Positions 1 to 12,250 of a stretch of DNA of 64,000 nucleotides are shown in pieces. A program made the translations under genes and the position numbers. The notes under the pieces were generated by a model, which saw only the letters and a list, made by a program, of their open reading frames with translations, was not told the origin of the DNA and ran no database searches. Each line of letters starts with the position of its first letter. Within the stretch, counting starts at the first letter, position 1. This DNA comes from Ranitomeya imitator (Eukaryota), in assembly GCF_032444005.1 (NCBI RefSeq), contig NC_091286.1, positions 419,120,001 through 419,184,000 on the forward strand, written 5' to 3'.

Positions 1-1428
1 TGATATATTTCAAAGATTTGTTGTAAACTGTAAACAAAGTTATTACCCTGGAGAGAATCTCACTATTGACGAAATGCTCCCTGGTTTTCGTGGTAGATGT
101 GCCTTTCGTCAATATATTCCATCAAAGCCAAACAAATATGGGATAAAAATTTATGCCCTTGTTGATGCCAGTAAGACCTACACTTACAACCTGGAAGTTT
201 ATGCAGGAAAACAACCAGAAGGTCCTTACTGTGTGAGCAACAAACCCATTGATGTTGTAAAAAGACTGGCTGAACCCTTATTTGGATCGGGTCGCAATAT
301 TACAGCTGACAATTGGTTTACAAGTTGTGATCTGATTGATTATCTGAAAATTCAGAAGCTGTCATATGTGGGAACTGTAAGAAAAAACAAAAGGGAATTG
401 CCGCCACAGTTTGTAAGTGTGAAAGAGAGACAACAGTACAGCAGTATGTTTGCATTCCATAATGGAAAGGCTTTAGTTTCCTATGTACCACATGCCAAAA
501 AAATCGTACTTCTTCTATCAACACTTCATGATGATGCTGCCATCAATCCTGGGACTGGGGCAGAAAAAAACCCGGAGATAATTACATTTTACAATGCCAC
601 CAAAGGGGGTGTGGATACAGCAGATCAGATGTGCTCCACTTTCAACGTCAGCAGAAACATCAAACGCTGGCCAATGGTCATATTTTTTGCTATGTTGAAT
701 TTGGGTGGTATAAATTCACAAGTAATTTATCTTGAAAACAAGCTTGAACCACTCCGTAGACGATTGTATCTGAAAAAATTGGCCCATGAACTAGTACTTG
801 GAGAGCTACGCAGGAGAAGCGTGAAAACAATCGGTATCCCCTCTCGCCTTCAAGTTCAGCTCAAAAGGTTCCGCCCAGAAGATGATGGTGAAAAGTCACC
901 ATCTGCACCACCTCACAAAAGAAGGAGATGCACCACCTGCCAAACGGAAAGCGGAACCAGAAGGCTTTCAAATTATGAATGTCTCAAATGTCATAAAGCA
1001 ATTTGCCTGACACATGCAAAAATGGTGTGTAATTCTTGCTATTTGCTCTGCAAGTGTGACTTTTCTGGGGAAACCTCAGCATCTACTTCTGATTGAATAT
1101 GTTTTTAATAGTACTTAAGGTACCTTAAAATTAAGTTTGTGTTCAAAAATTTTCTTTGTACATTTTTTTTAGAGAGTCGAACTGGGGACTATTTGGCGGG
1201 AGTTTTGAAAAGTTTGTATTTCATAGTTATTAGTTTTATGTTAAGTAAATGTTTTTTTTTGCAACTGATTATGTGTAGTCTCTTTTATTACATCCCTATG
1301 AAGGTCACTGATCACTTTTAGAGCACTGAAATTGCAAACATTAGATATTATAGGTATTTTTCCAGCAGGCGCCTGACAGGCACATTGTATGTGAACTCGT
1401 TAGTCCGAATATTGTATGTGACGGAGGG
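1..1428 (+). mobile_element. Autonomous-type piggyBac element, right portion
   Basis: The transposase ORF is followed by subterminal repeats TTGTATGTGA (1385-1394, 1412-1421) and the terminus ...GACGGAGGG|TTAA (TTAA 1429-1432). It is inserted into another TTAA-family repeat. Confidence 0.85.
2..1096 (+). CDS. piggyBac transposase, C-terminal part (5' end outside window)
   Basis: Frame is open from base 2 (DIFQRF...NLTIDEMLPGFRGRC). All three catalytic Asp motifs are present (TIDE, ADNWFTS, GGVDTADQ), followed by a basic NLS-like HKRRR and a C-terminal Cys-rich domain (CTTC...CLKC...CLTH...CNSC). Confidence 0.93.
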   Translation, partial: DIFQRFVVNCKQSYYPGENLTIDEMLPGFRGRCAFRQYIPSKPNKYGIKIYALVDASKTYTYNLEVYAGKQPEGPYCVSNKPIDVVKRLAEPLFGSGRNITADNWFTSCDLIDYLKIQKLSYVGTVRKNKRELPPQFVSVKERQQYSSMFAFHNGKALVSYVPHAKKIVLLLSTLHDDAAINPGTGAEKNPEIITFYNATKGGVDTADQMCSTFNVSRNIKRWPMVIFFAMLNLGGINSQVIYLENKLEPLRRRLYLKKLAHELVLGELRRRSVKTIGIPSRLQVQLKRFRPEDDGEKSPSAPPHKRRRCTTCQTESGTRRLSNYECLKCHKAICLTHAKMVCNSCYLLCKCDFSGETSASTSD

Positions 1429-1432
1429 TTAA

Positions 1433-1790
1433 ACAAAATTTTTCACCACTTAGATAAAAAAGAACCTAGACATGTTTGGTGTATATGAACTCGTAATGAC
1501 CTGGAGAATCATAATATCAGGTCAGTTTTAGCATTTAATGAACCTAGTAAAAAAAGCTAAGCAAAAAACAAGTGTGGGAGTGCACTTTTTTTGTAATTTC
1601 ACCGCACTTGGAATTTTTTTTCCCGTTTTCGAGTACACTACATGGTAAAACCAATGGTGTTGTTCAAAAGTACAACTTGTCCCGCAAAAAAACAAGCCCT
1701 CACATGGCCATTTTGACCAAAAAATAAAAAGGTTATCGCCGTGGGAAGAAGGGGAGCAAAAATTAAAACAGAAATACCCCTGGTCCTTAA
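1433..1790. mobile_element. Remnant of abundant non-autonomous TTAA (piggyBac-type) repeat
   Basis: Same sequence as parts of the copies at about 20440-20760, 31700-32050, 47751-48130 and 56159-56520. Confidence 0.7.
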
Positions 1791-2281
1791 ATCCTTTAAC
1801 TTTCCCATGTTATCATTCCTGTATGTGCCCTTATTACATTCACTGCTTTCTGATCATTTCTAAAATCATTGAAAATTTTCCCAGGCAATACAATTAGATT
1901 AAAAGAAAAATCTCCACAATGTTCGGTTTTCTTCAAATAAATTTTATATCTTACATTTATATATATATATATATATACTCATATATTTTTATATATATAT
2001 TAAAATTGCACATCTTTTTATAAAAACTTTTTCCAAATAAACAACTAGGGAAAACACAATAAAAGAGAAAATGCAACATTAACACATGTCCATGTAACAG
2101 AACACTGGGTTGGTTTAACAGCTGACCCTTCAGGGTGGAGGAACCTCCTGTTATAGGTGGGTTCTGAGATTAGGGACACACCATCATGTTCCCTTCAGTA
2201 AATAAATGTCTTAAGCAAATTAGTCCAGGTAGATTAAAGTTGTGCATTTGACATTTGATGCACCTCCACAAAGGTGTTACG

Positions 2282-2288
2282 TCATCGC
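2282..2288 (-). CDS. TNK2: TNK2 last coding exon (G CGA TGA, completes ...K R stop); 3' UTR extends to lower coordinates
   Basis: Polypyrimidine tract plus TTTTTTTTGCAG acceptor (AG at 2290-2289). The phase completes the AA left by exon 17040-16913 and gives the KR* ending, as recalled for mammalian TNK2. Confidence 0.75.
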
Positions 2289-3430
2289 CTGCAAAAAAAA
2301 ACAGAGAGAGAGAAACGGAAATCAAATCTAAAGTAGAAAAAATATGAAGTTTTCGTAAAATTAAAGTGGACTTGTCAAGGGGATTTATACCTTGAATATG
2401 ACTTTTTTTTTTTTTTTTAACAAATGTCTTAATTTTTTTTCACTCCTGTAATTAAAAAAAGCAACCCACAAATCTATACAATGTTTTATCAGTATAATCG
2501 TACTAACCTGTTCGTTATTCTCACAGTGCAATGGACGTTGTAATAACTAAACCCAATAGCGATGGAATAACTGCTGTTTGTGCATTTTTTGCCATTTGAC
2601 AGCACTATTTTTTTTTCCTTTTTCAGTACATCATATGGTAAAATGATTAGTGTCATTCAAAAATAAAACCCCATCAAAATTAGGGTTTGTTTTATGCTAG
2701 ACATATCGATGGAAAAAGGTTCTGGTTTTTACAAGAGGAAGATGAAAAAAAAATGACATGCAAAAAATAGAAAATCACCGACTCATGAAGGGTTTTAAAA
2801 GGTTATAGAACACATGACTTGAAGCATAAAAATCACAAAAAAGGTACTAAACAAAAGGGTATATTTTATTTACCATATAAAATTACCATAAAATACAATT
2901 AAATGACAATCAAAATCCAAGTATCACGAACAGAGCTATTTGAATATACGGTACAGGTGCACCCATGAAAAAATGTGTTGCACCACAGAAACAGGGTATG
3001 GGCACAGAGGTAATAAAGCAGAGGGAGATTTTTTCAATATAACCAGCAGTATTAGGCCGGCGTCACACTTGCGAGTTTTACGGACGTAAGAGCGCAGAAA
3101 CTACGTTCGTAAAACTCGCAAAACATACGGCACAATTATTCTCTATGCCCCTGCTCCTATCTGCCGTATTTTACTGATCAGTATTATACGGCTTTCTACG
3201 GCCGTAGAAAATCGCAGCATGCTGCGTTTGTCACCGTATTGCGCAAATAAAACGTCAATGAAAGTCTATGGAAGCCCCAAAAATACGGATTACACACGGA
3301 CCAGCAGTGTGACTTGCGAGGAATACGCAGCGCTGTTAGAGAGAAAAGCCGGCAATTCAGTGCAGTGTACAGTAAAATCACACTGACAGCTTACAGTAGA
3401 ATAGGTAGAATAAATGTGTACACATAGAAT

Positions 3431-3487
<57 letters not shown>

Positions 3488-3490
<3 letters not shown>

Positions 3491-5093
3491 TGGGGCAAAA
3501 AAGTATTTAGTCAGTCAGCAATAGTGCAAGTTCCACCACTTAAAAAGATGAGAGGCGTCTGTAATTTACATCATAGGTAGACCTCAACTATGGGAGACAA
3601 ACTGAGAAAAAAAAATCCAGAAAATCACATTGTCTGTTTTTTTAACATTTTATTTGCATATTATGGTGGAAAATAAGTATTTGGTCAGAAACAAAATTTC
3701 ATCTCAATACTTTGTAATATATCCTTTGTTGGCAATGACAGAGGCCAAACGTTTTCTGTAAGTCTTCACAAGGTTGCCACACACTGTTGTTGGTATGTTG
3801 GCCCATTCCTCCATGCAGATCTCCTCTAGAGCAGTGATGTTTTTGGCTTTTTGCTTGGCAACACGGACTTTCAACTCCCTCCAAAGGTTTTCTATAGGGT
3901 TGAGATCTGGAGACTGGCTAGGCCACTCCAGGACCTTGAAATGCTTCTTACGAAGCCACTCCTTCGTTGCCCTGGCGGTGTGCTTTGGATCATTGTCATG
4001 TTGAAAGACCCAGCCACGTTTCATCTTCAATGCCCTTGCTGATGGAAGGAGGTTTGCACTCAAAATCTCACGATACATGGCCCCATTCATTCTTTCATGT
4101 ACCCGGATCAGTCGTTCTGGCCCCTTTGCAGAGAAACAGCCCCAAAGCATGATGTTTCCACCACCATGCTTTACAGTAGGTATGGTGTTTGATGGATGCA
4201 ACTCAGTATTCTTTTTCCTCCAAACACAACAAGTTGTGTTTCTACCAAACAGTTCCAGTTTGGTTTCATCAGACCATAGGACATTCTCCCAAAACTCCTC
4301 TGGATCATCCAAATGCTCTCTAGCAAACTTCAGACGGGCCCGGACATGTACTGGCTTAAGCAGTGGGACACGTCTGGCACTACAGGATCTGAGTCCATGG
4401 TGGCGTAGTGTGTTACTTATGGTAGGCCTTGTTACATTGGTCCCAGCTCTCTGCAGTTCATTCACTAGGTCCCCCCGCGTGGTTCTGGGATTTTTGCTCA
4501 CCGTTCTTGTGATCATTCTGACCCCACGGGGTGGGATTTTGCGTGGAGCCCCAGATCGAGGGAGATTATCAGTGGTCTTGTATGTCTTCCATTTTCTAAT
4601 TATTGCTCCCACTGTTGATTTCTTCACTCCAAGCTGGTTGGCTATTGCAGATTCAGTCTTCCCAGCCTGGTGCAGGGCTACAATTTTGTTTCTGGTGTCC
4701 TTTGACAGCTCTTTGGTCTTCACCATAGTGGAGTTTGGAGTCAGACTGTTTGAGGGTGTGCACAGGTGTCTTTTTATACTGATAACAAGTTTAAACAGGT
4801 GCCATTACTACAGGTAATGAGTGGAGGAAAGAGGAGACTCTTAAAGAAGAAGTTACAGGTCTGTGAGAGCCAGAAATCTTGATTGTTTGTTTCTGACCAA
4901 ATACTTATTTTCCACCATAATATGCAAATAAATTGTTAAAAAAACAGACAATGTGATTTTCTGGATTTTTTTTTCTCAGTTTGTCTCCCATAGTTGAGGT
5001 CTACCTATGATGTAAATTACAGACGCCTCTCATCTTTTTAAGTGGTGGAACTTGCACTATTGCTGACTGACTAAATACTTTTTTGCCCCACTG
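3488..5093 (-). mobile_element. Full-length Tc1/mariner element with ~210-bp IR/DR-type TIRs
   Basis: CAGTGGGGCAAAAAAG... and ...CTTTTTTGCCCCACTG ends, near-identical long TIRs, TA flanks (3486-3487, 5094-5095); inserted in a (TA)n tract. Confidence 0.96.
3704..4726 (-). CDS. Tc1-family DD34E transposase, intact 340 aa
   Basis: Paired-like HTH N-terminus ([16 protein letters not shown]), GAPRK linker, [24 protein letters not shown] count 34 residues between the second D and the E. Confidence 0.96.
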   Translation of the reverse strand: MVKTKELSKDTRNKIVALHQAGKTESAIANQLGVKKSTVGAIIRKWKTYKTTDNLPRSGAPRKIPPRGVRMITRTVSKNPRTTRGDLVNELQRAGTNVTRPTISNTLRHHGLRSCSARRVPLLKPVHVRARLKFAREHLDDPEEFWENVLWSDETKLELFGRNTTCCVWRKKNTELHPSNTIPTVKHGGGNIMLWGCFSAKGPERLIRVHERMNGAMYREILSANLLPSARALKMKRGWVFQHDNDPKHTARATKEWLRKKHFKVLEWPSQSPDLNPIENLWRELKVRVAKQKAKNITALEEICMEEWANIPTTVCGNLVKTYRKRLASVIANKGYITKY

Positions 5094-5769
5094 TATGTGT
5101 CATTGAGACACATATATGTATATATATTATTATTTCATCCAGCGCGATATAGCAGAAAACCGGTAATTCAATTACCGGCTTTTGCTTTCTCCTTCCTAAA
5201 CCCGACATGATATGAGACCTGGTTTACATACAGTAAACCATCTCATATCCCCATTTTTTTTTGCATCTTCCACACTACTAATGTTAGTAGTGTGTCTATG
5301 CAAAATTTGGCCGTTCTAGCTAGTAAATTAAAGGGTTAACTGGCGGAAAGAATTGGCGTGGGCTCCCGCACAATTTTCTCCGCTAGAGTAGTAAAGTCAG
5401 TGACTGAGGGCAGATATTAATAGCCTGGAGAGGGACCACGATTATTGGCCCCCCCCCTGGCTAAAAACACCTGCCCCCAGCCACCCCAGAAAAGGCACAT
5501 CTGGAAGATGCGCCTATTCTGGCACTTGGCCACTCTCTTCCCATTCCCGTGTAGCGGTGGGATATGGGGTAATGAAGGGTTAATGCCACTTTGCTATTGT
5601 AAGGTGACATTAAGCCTAATTAATAATGGAGAGGTGTCAATTATGACACCTATCCATTATTAATCCAATACTAGTAAAGGGTTAAAAAACACACACACAC
5701 ACACACATTAAAAATTAATTTAATGAAATAATCACAAAGGTTGTTGTATTAATTTATTCTACTCTCAAT

Positions 5770-6381
5770 CCACTCACTGAAGACCCTCGATCTGTAAATT
5801 AAAAAAAAAAAAAATAAACCAACAATATACATACCTTCCGAGGATCTGTCACGTCCAACGATGTAAATCCATCTGAAGGGGTTAAAATATTTTGCAGCCA
5901 CGAGCTCCGCTAATGCAGCTGCTCATGTCTGCAAAATCCCGGAGAATGTAGGTAAAGTAGGTCATTGACCTATATTTACCTGCATTTGCGGTGAGGCGCC
6001 CTCTGCTGGCTGTTCCTAGATCGTGGGAACTTTCCTAGAAAGCTCCCAGGCTCGAGATCATAAGAGGGCGCCCTCTGCTGGTTGTCCTCATATGATCTCG
6101 AGCCTGGGAGCTTTCTAGGAAAGTTCCCACGATCTAGGAACAGCCAGCAGAGGGCGCCTCACCGCAAATGCAGGTAAATATAGGTCAATGACCTACTTTA
6201 CCTACATTCTCCGGGGTTTTGCAGACATGAGCAGCTGCATTAGCGGAGCTCGTGGCTGCAAAATATTTTAACCCCTTCAGATGGATTTACATCGTTGGAC
6301 GTGACAGATCCTCGGAAGGTATGTATATTGTTGGTTTATTATATTTTTTTTATTTACAGATCGAGGGTCTTCAGTGAGTGG
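5770..6381. repeat. Near-perfect long palindrome (arms ~290 bp, 28-bp spacer 6063-6090)
   Basis: 5770-6062 is the reverse complement of 6091-6381. An outer inverted pair lies at about 5095-5253 and 6380-6535. Confidence 0.93.
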
Positions 6382-6529
6382 GGATATGAGATGGTTTACT
6401 GTATGTAAACCAGGTCTCATATCATGTCGGGTTTAGGAAGGAGAAAGCAAAAGCCGGTAATTGAATTACCGGCTTTCTGCTATATCGCGCTGGATGAAAT
6501 ATTAATATATATACATATATGTGTCTACT

Positions 6530-6593
<64 letters not shown>

Positions 6594-6665
6594 TCCAAAA
6601 ATGAGGCAGCACTCCATAGTTCCGTATAAAAACGTGCAGGGTTTAATTTACCCACATATTGTGGC

Positions 6666-6696
6666 AACGTTTCAGCTCGCAATGAGCTTTTCTCAA
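6666..6696 (-). ncRNA. Minimal hammerhead-ribozyme-like motif, U3-A8 variant (3' pLTR copy)
   Basis: Exact reverse-complement copy of 14023-14053. Confidence 0.5.
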
Positions 6697-8175
6697 GCAG
6701 TGAGTAAGTCTTAGTGCCCTATATTTATACATAGCTTAATCATCCTTAACCCCTTAATCCCATATGACGTACTATCCCGTCCAGGTGACCTGGGACTTAA
6801 TTCCCAGTGACGGGATAGTACGTCATATGCGATCGGCCGCGCTCACGGGGGGAGCGCGGCCGATCGCGGCCGGGTGTCAGCTGCCTATCGCAGCTGACAT
6901 CCGGCACTATGTGCCAGGAGCGGTCACGGACCGGTCCCGGCACATTAACCCCCGGCACACCGCGATCAAAGATGATCGCGGTGTGCCGGCGGTGCAGGGA
7001 AGCATCGCGCAGGGAGGGGGCTCCCTGCGTGCTTCCCTGAGACGATCGGTACACAGTGATGTACTCACCATGTACCGAGCGTCTTCTCCCTGCAGTCCCC
7101 GGATCCAAAATGGCCGCGGGGCTGCATCCGGGTCCTGCAGGGAGCACTTCCGGGTCAGGATCAGGCTGCAGCTGCAGCTCTAATCCTGCCCGGCTGTATG
7201 TCAGATCACCGATCTGATAGAGTGCTGTGCACACTGTCAGATCGGTGATCTGTGATGTCCCCCCCTGGGACAAAGTAAAAATGTAAAATAAAAAATTTCC
7301 ACACGTGTAAAAAAAAAAAAAAAAAAAAAATTCCTAAATAAAGAAAAAGAAAAAAAAATATTATTCACATAAATACATTTCTTTATCTAAAAAAAAACCC
7401 AAAAAAACAATAAAAGTACACATATTTAGTATCGCCGCGTCCGTAACGACCCGACCTGTAAAACTGGCCCACTAGTTAACCCCTTCAGTGAACACCGTAA
7501 GAAAAAAAAGAAAAAAGAGCCAAAAAACAACGCTTTATTATCATAACGCTGGACAAAAAGTGGAATAACACGCGATCAAAAAGACGGATATAAATAACCA
7601 TGGTACCGCTGAAAACGTCATCTTGTCCCGTAAAAAACGAGCCGCAATATAGCATCATAACCAAAAAAATAAAAAAGTTATAGTCCTCAGAATAAAGCAA
7701 TGCCAAAATAATTATTTTTTCTATAAAATAGCTTTTATCGTATAAAAGCGCCAAAACATAAAAAAAATGATATAAATGAGGTATCGCTGTAATCGTACTG
7801 ACCCGAAGAATAAAACTGCTTCATCAATTTTACCAAACGCGGAACGGTATAAACGCCTCCCCCAAAAGAAATTCATGAATAGCTGGTTTTTGGTCATTCT
7901 GCCTCACAAAAAATCGGAATAAAAGGCGATCAAAAACTGTCACGTGTCCGAAAATGTAACCGATAAAAACGTCAACTCGTCCCGCAAAAAACAAGACCTC
8001 ACATGACTCTGTGGACCAAAATATGGAAAAATTATAGGTCTCAAAATGTGGAGACGCAAAAACTTTTTTGCTATAAAAAGCGTCTTTTAGTGTGTGACGG
8101 CTGCCAATCATAAAAATCCGATATAAAAAACGCTATAAAAGTAAATCAAACCCCCCTTCAACACCCCCTTAGTTA

Positions 8176-8531
8176 GGCTAGGTTCACATTGCGTTAATGG
8201 GTTAACGCTAACAGACAGCGTTGCACGGCGAAAATGTCACAATTAACGCCGTGCAACGGGTCCGTTGGCACACCCATTGACAGCAATGTGATTTTCAGGT
8301 GTAGCGCATCGCTAGAGCGTGCCATTTTCGGCTCGCGCTAGCAAGGTGCCGTTCTTTCGTGGCGCGCCTCGGACGCTGCTTGCAGCGTCCGCGGCGCGCC
8401 CGAGGTCCGATCCCCGATCTTCCAGAGCGGGGACGTTAACGCGACCACTAAACACGACACCTAAAAAGACATTGCGTTAGCGCAATCCTCTAGCGCTAAA
8501 CGGATTTCCCTAACGCAATGTGAACCTAGCC
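8176..8531. mobile_element. Harbinger/Tourist-type MITE
   Basis: TIR GGCTAGGTTCACATTGCGTTA at both ends; TTA TSD (8173-8175, 8532-8534). Confidence 0.88.
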
Positions 8532-8584
8532 TTAGGGAAAAATAATAAAATTAAAAAAAATGTATTTATTTCCATTTTCCCATT

Positions 8585-8750
8585 AGGGTTAGGGCTAGGG
8601 ATAGGGTTAGGGCTAGGGCTAGGGTTAGGGTTTGGATTACATTTACGGTTGGGATTAGGGTTGGGATTAGAATTAGGGGTGTGTCAGGGTTAGGTGTGTG
8701 GTTAGGGTTACAGTTGGGATTAGGGTTAGGGGTGCGTTTGGATTAGGGTT
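8585..8750 (+). repeat. Degenerate telomere-like (TTAGGG)n array inside a transposon
   Basis: TTAGGG/CTAGGG/TTGGGA units. Confidence 0.85.
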
Positions 8751-8764
8751 TCATTTATAATTGG

Positions 8765-10200
8765 GGGGGTTTCCACTGTTTAGGCACATCAGGGGCTCTC
8801 CAAACGCGACATGGCGTCCGATCTAAATTCCTGCCAATTCTGCATTGAAAAAGTAAAACAGTGCTCCTTCACTTCCGAGCTCTCCCGTGCGCCCAAACAG
8901 GGGTTTACCCCAACATATGGGGTATCATCGTACTTGAGACAAATTGGACAACAACTTTTTGGGTCCAAGTTCTCTTGTTATCCTTGGGAAAATAAAAATT
9001 TGGGGGGCTAAAAATCATTTTTGTGGGAAAAAAAAAGGATTTTTTATTTTCACGGCTCTGCGTTGTAAACTGTAGTGAAACACTTGGGGGTTCAAAGTTT
9101 TCACAACACATCTAGATAAGTTCCGTGGGAGGTGTAGTTTCCAATATGAGGTCACTTGTGGGGGGTTTGTACTGTTTGGGTACATCAGGGGCTCTGCAAA
9201 TGCAACGTGACTCCTGCAGACCAATCCATCTAAGTCTGCATTCCAAATGGCGCTCCTTCCCTTCCGAGCTCTGCCATGCGCCCAAACAGTGGTTCCCCCC
9301 CACATATGGGGTATCAGCGTACTCAGGACAAATTGGACAACAACTTTTGGGGTCCAATTTATTCTGTTACCCTTGTAAAAATACAAAGCTGGGGGCTAAA
9401 AAAATCATTTTTGTGAAAAAAAAAAAAAAAGAATTTTTATTTTCACGGCTCTGCGTTATAAACTGTAGTGAAACACTTAGGGGTTCAAAGTTCTCACAAC
9501 ACTTCTAGATAAGTTCCTTGGGAGGTCTAGTTTCTAATATGGGGTCACTTGTGGGAGGTTTGTACTGTTTGGGTACATTAGGGGCTCTGCAAATGCAACG
9601 TGACTCCTGCAGACCAATCCATCTAAGTCTGCATTCCAAATGGCGCTCCTTCCCTTCCGAGCGCTGCCATACGCCCAAACAATGGTTTACACCCATATAT
9701 GGGGTATCAGCGTACTCAGGACAAATTGGACAACAATTTTTGAGGTCCAATTTCTTCTCTTACTCTTGGGAAAATAAAAAATTGGGGGCGAAAAGATAAT
9801 TTTTGTGAAAAAATATGATTTTTTATTTTTACGGCTCTGCATTATAAACTTCTGTGAAGCAATTGGTCGGTCAAAGTGGTCACCACACATCTAGATAAGT
9901 TCCTTAGGGTGTCTACTTTCCAAAATGGTGTCACTTGTGGGGGGTTTCAATGTTTAGGTACATGAGGGGCTCTCCAAACGCAACATGGCGTCCCATCGCA
10001 ATTCCTGTCAATTTTGCATTGTAAAGTCAAATGGCGCTCCTTTCCTTCCGAGCTCTGCCATGCGCCCAAACAGTGGTTTACCCCCACATATGGGGTATCA
10101 GCGTACTCAGTACAGATTGTACAACAACGTTTGGCATCCATTTTATCCTGTTACCCTTGGTAAAATAAAACAAATTGGAGCTGAAATAAATTTTGTGTGG
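8765..10200. repeat. About four tandem ~390-bp units inside the TTAA element
   Basis: Unit starts near 8765, 9160, 9553 and 9938 (GGGGTTT..ACTGTTT.GG.ACAT.AGGGGCTCT). Confidence 0.85.
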
Positions 10201-11846
10201 AAAAAAAGTTAAATATTCATTTTTATTTAAACATTCCAAAAATTCCTGTGAAACCCCTGAAGGGTTAATAAACTTCTTGAATGTGGTTTTGAGCACCTTG
10301 AGGGGTGCAGTTTTTAGAATGGTGTCACACTTGGGTATTTTCTATCATATAGACTCCTCAAAATGACTTCAAATGAGATGTGGTCCCTAAAAAAAAATGG
10401 TGTTGTAAAAATATGAGATTGCTGGTCAACTTTTAACCCTTATAAGTCCCTAACAAAAAAAAATTTTGGTTCCAAAATTGTGCTGATGTAAAGTAGACAT
10501 GTGGGAAATGTTACTTATTAAGTATTTTGCGTGACATATCTCTGTGATTTAAGGGCATAAAAATTTAAAGTTGGAAAATTGCGAAATTTTCTAAATTTTC
10601 GCCAAATTTCCGTTTTTTTCACAAATAAACGCAAGTTATATCGAATAAATGTTACCACTAAAATGAAGTACAATATGTCACGAGAAAACAGTGTCAGAAT
10701 CGCCAAGATCCGTTGAAGCGTTCCAGAGTTATAACCTCATAAAGGGACAGTGGTCAGAATTGTAAAAATTGGCCCGGTCATTAACGTGCAAACCACCCTC
10801 GGGGCTTAAGGGGTTAATTGTGTTCCACTTTGTGCATTCATTGTGGTGTTTCACAGATTGTAAAGTGCATATGTGCAATATATCTTGTGCAAATTAATAC
10901 AGACATATAATGCATAACTATACATTGCCTCTTACTTTACCCCGTGGACGCATGTTCCGTGTGGAGGACGCCATTCCTTTCGGCGTCTCATAGCGCCTAC
11001 TGCGCATGTCTCATTACGTCACTACTACGGGATAGATGACCGGCCAATCACCTAGACTGTGCGGCTCACTCACATCGCGCCTGCGCGATTCGGCGTCATA
11101 TTTGTTGAGACTCCTTTCTCTCCCCAAAGTGCTCCTTGTAAGAGAACACTCAGACCACGCATGCGCGAGTCGGCATCTTGTTTGCTGGGGATTCTAAAAT
11201 CCTACTATAGGGTTATTTACTCCTCTTTCACTCCTCACAGAGGAACACGAGTCAGGTGTCCATTCCTTATATTGTGACATGCCATATGGACCCACGTACA
11301 GGCTCAAGTTCCCACCCTGACCCTCCGGACGGCACCTTACTCAGGCTGTCTCCAGGGGTCATGCACTATTGCGACCCAGCATTTAACCCTCTCAGGTCAA
11401 AGTGCTGCAGCCACAAGCGCAAAGGGTGACAGCGCCCTAGTCCTGGCTCATACTTAATTCCTTTTTATGCACCCACGTAAATAAACACCATAGAAGGCAG
11501 CGTATTTGAACACCCTACCATTATTATATTTGATTGGCTCGCCATCTATTCACCCATATAGATAAAGATCAAACTGCATTTGTTTCATTTCGCAGTGATT
11601 TATTGAAATAGCAATATAGATCCAATTGTATAAATTTGATTGTCCTCCACACAGTCATGTTCCACTTGGTATCATTCTTCACACCTTGGTGCGTCTGAAA
11701 GGTAAAGAATACAACAATCAATAAAAATAAACTTAAAAGTGCAATACATAAAAATTGGGTTTATACCCATAAATAGGCAGAAACACCAATATACTACCAA
11801 CTGAGCTTCATATTACACTGTTAGACTTGGTAACCATATTACGTTT

Positions 11847-12250
11847 TTAAGTGATCCCATGTATACTAAAGTCTACATTTAACCCCTTGGGTTTAAGGGT
11901 GCTCAGCTCGTAGATCCACATGAGCTCCTTTTACTTCAGCATTTGTTCCCTATCCCCCCCTCTCCTTTGGGGAGGCACTGCATCTATTATTTTAAATTTA
12001 AGTTCTTTCTCAGTGTGATTGTGTTCAGTAAAATGTTTTGGTACTGGGAGGTCCATTCTTTTTTTCCTAATAGTGTACCTATGCTGGTTCATCCTTACTT
12101 TGAATGCATATGTCGTTTCCCCAATGTACCACAAATTGCAAGGGCACATGAGTAGGTAAATGACGTAATCCGAATTGCATGTGAGATAGTGTTTAATCTG
12201 ATACACTTTGTTGGTTTCTGGATGCTGAAATGTGGATCCTTTTATTATAT
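11847..12250 (-). pseudogene. Penelope GIY-YIG endonuclease remnant
   Basis: VIYLLMCPCNLWYIGET...RMNQHR motif. An in-frame stop at 11931-11933 is followed by KELMWIYELSTLKPKGLNVDFS, ending at 11847. Confidence 0.88.

Larger units (their letters stand above)
6750..10813. mobile_element. 4.06-kb non-autonomous piggyBac-type (TTAA) element
   Basis: TTAA at 6746-6749 and 10814-10817, TIRs CCCCTTAATCCC / GGGCTTAAGGGG. Removing it rejoins the Penelope pLTR. No transposase ORF. Confidence 0.85.

Noticed and set aside
4077-4817. 246-aa plus-strand ORF
   Set aside because: Antisense shadow of the Tc1 transposase; no independent motif.
8811-10296. Cluster of similar short ORFs
   Set aside because: Products of the ~390-bp tandem repeat; not coding.
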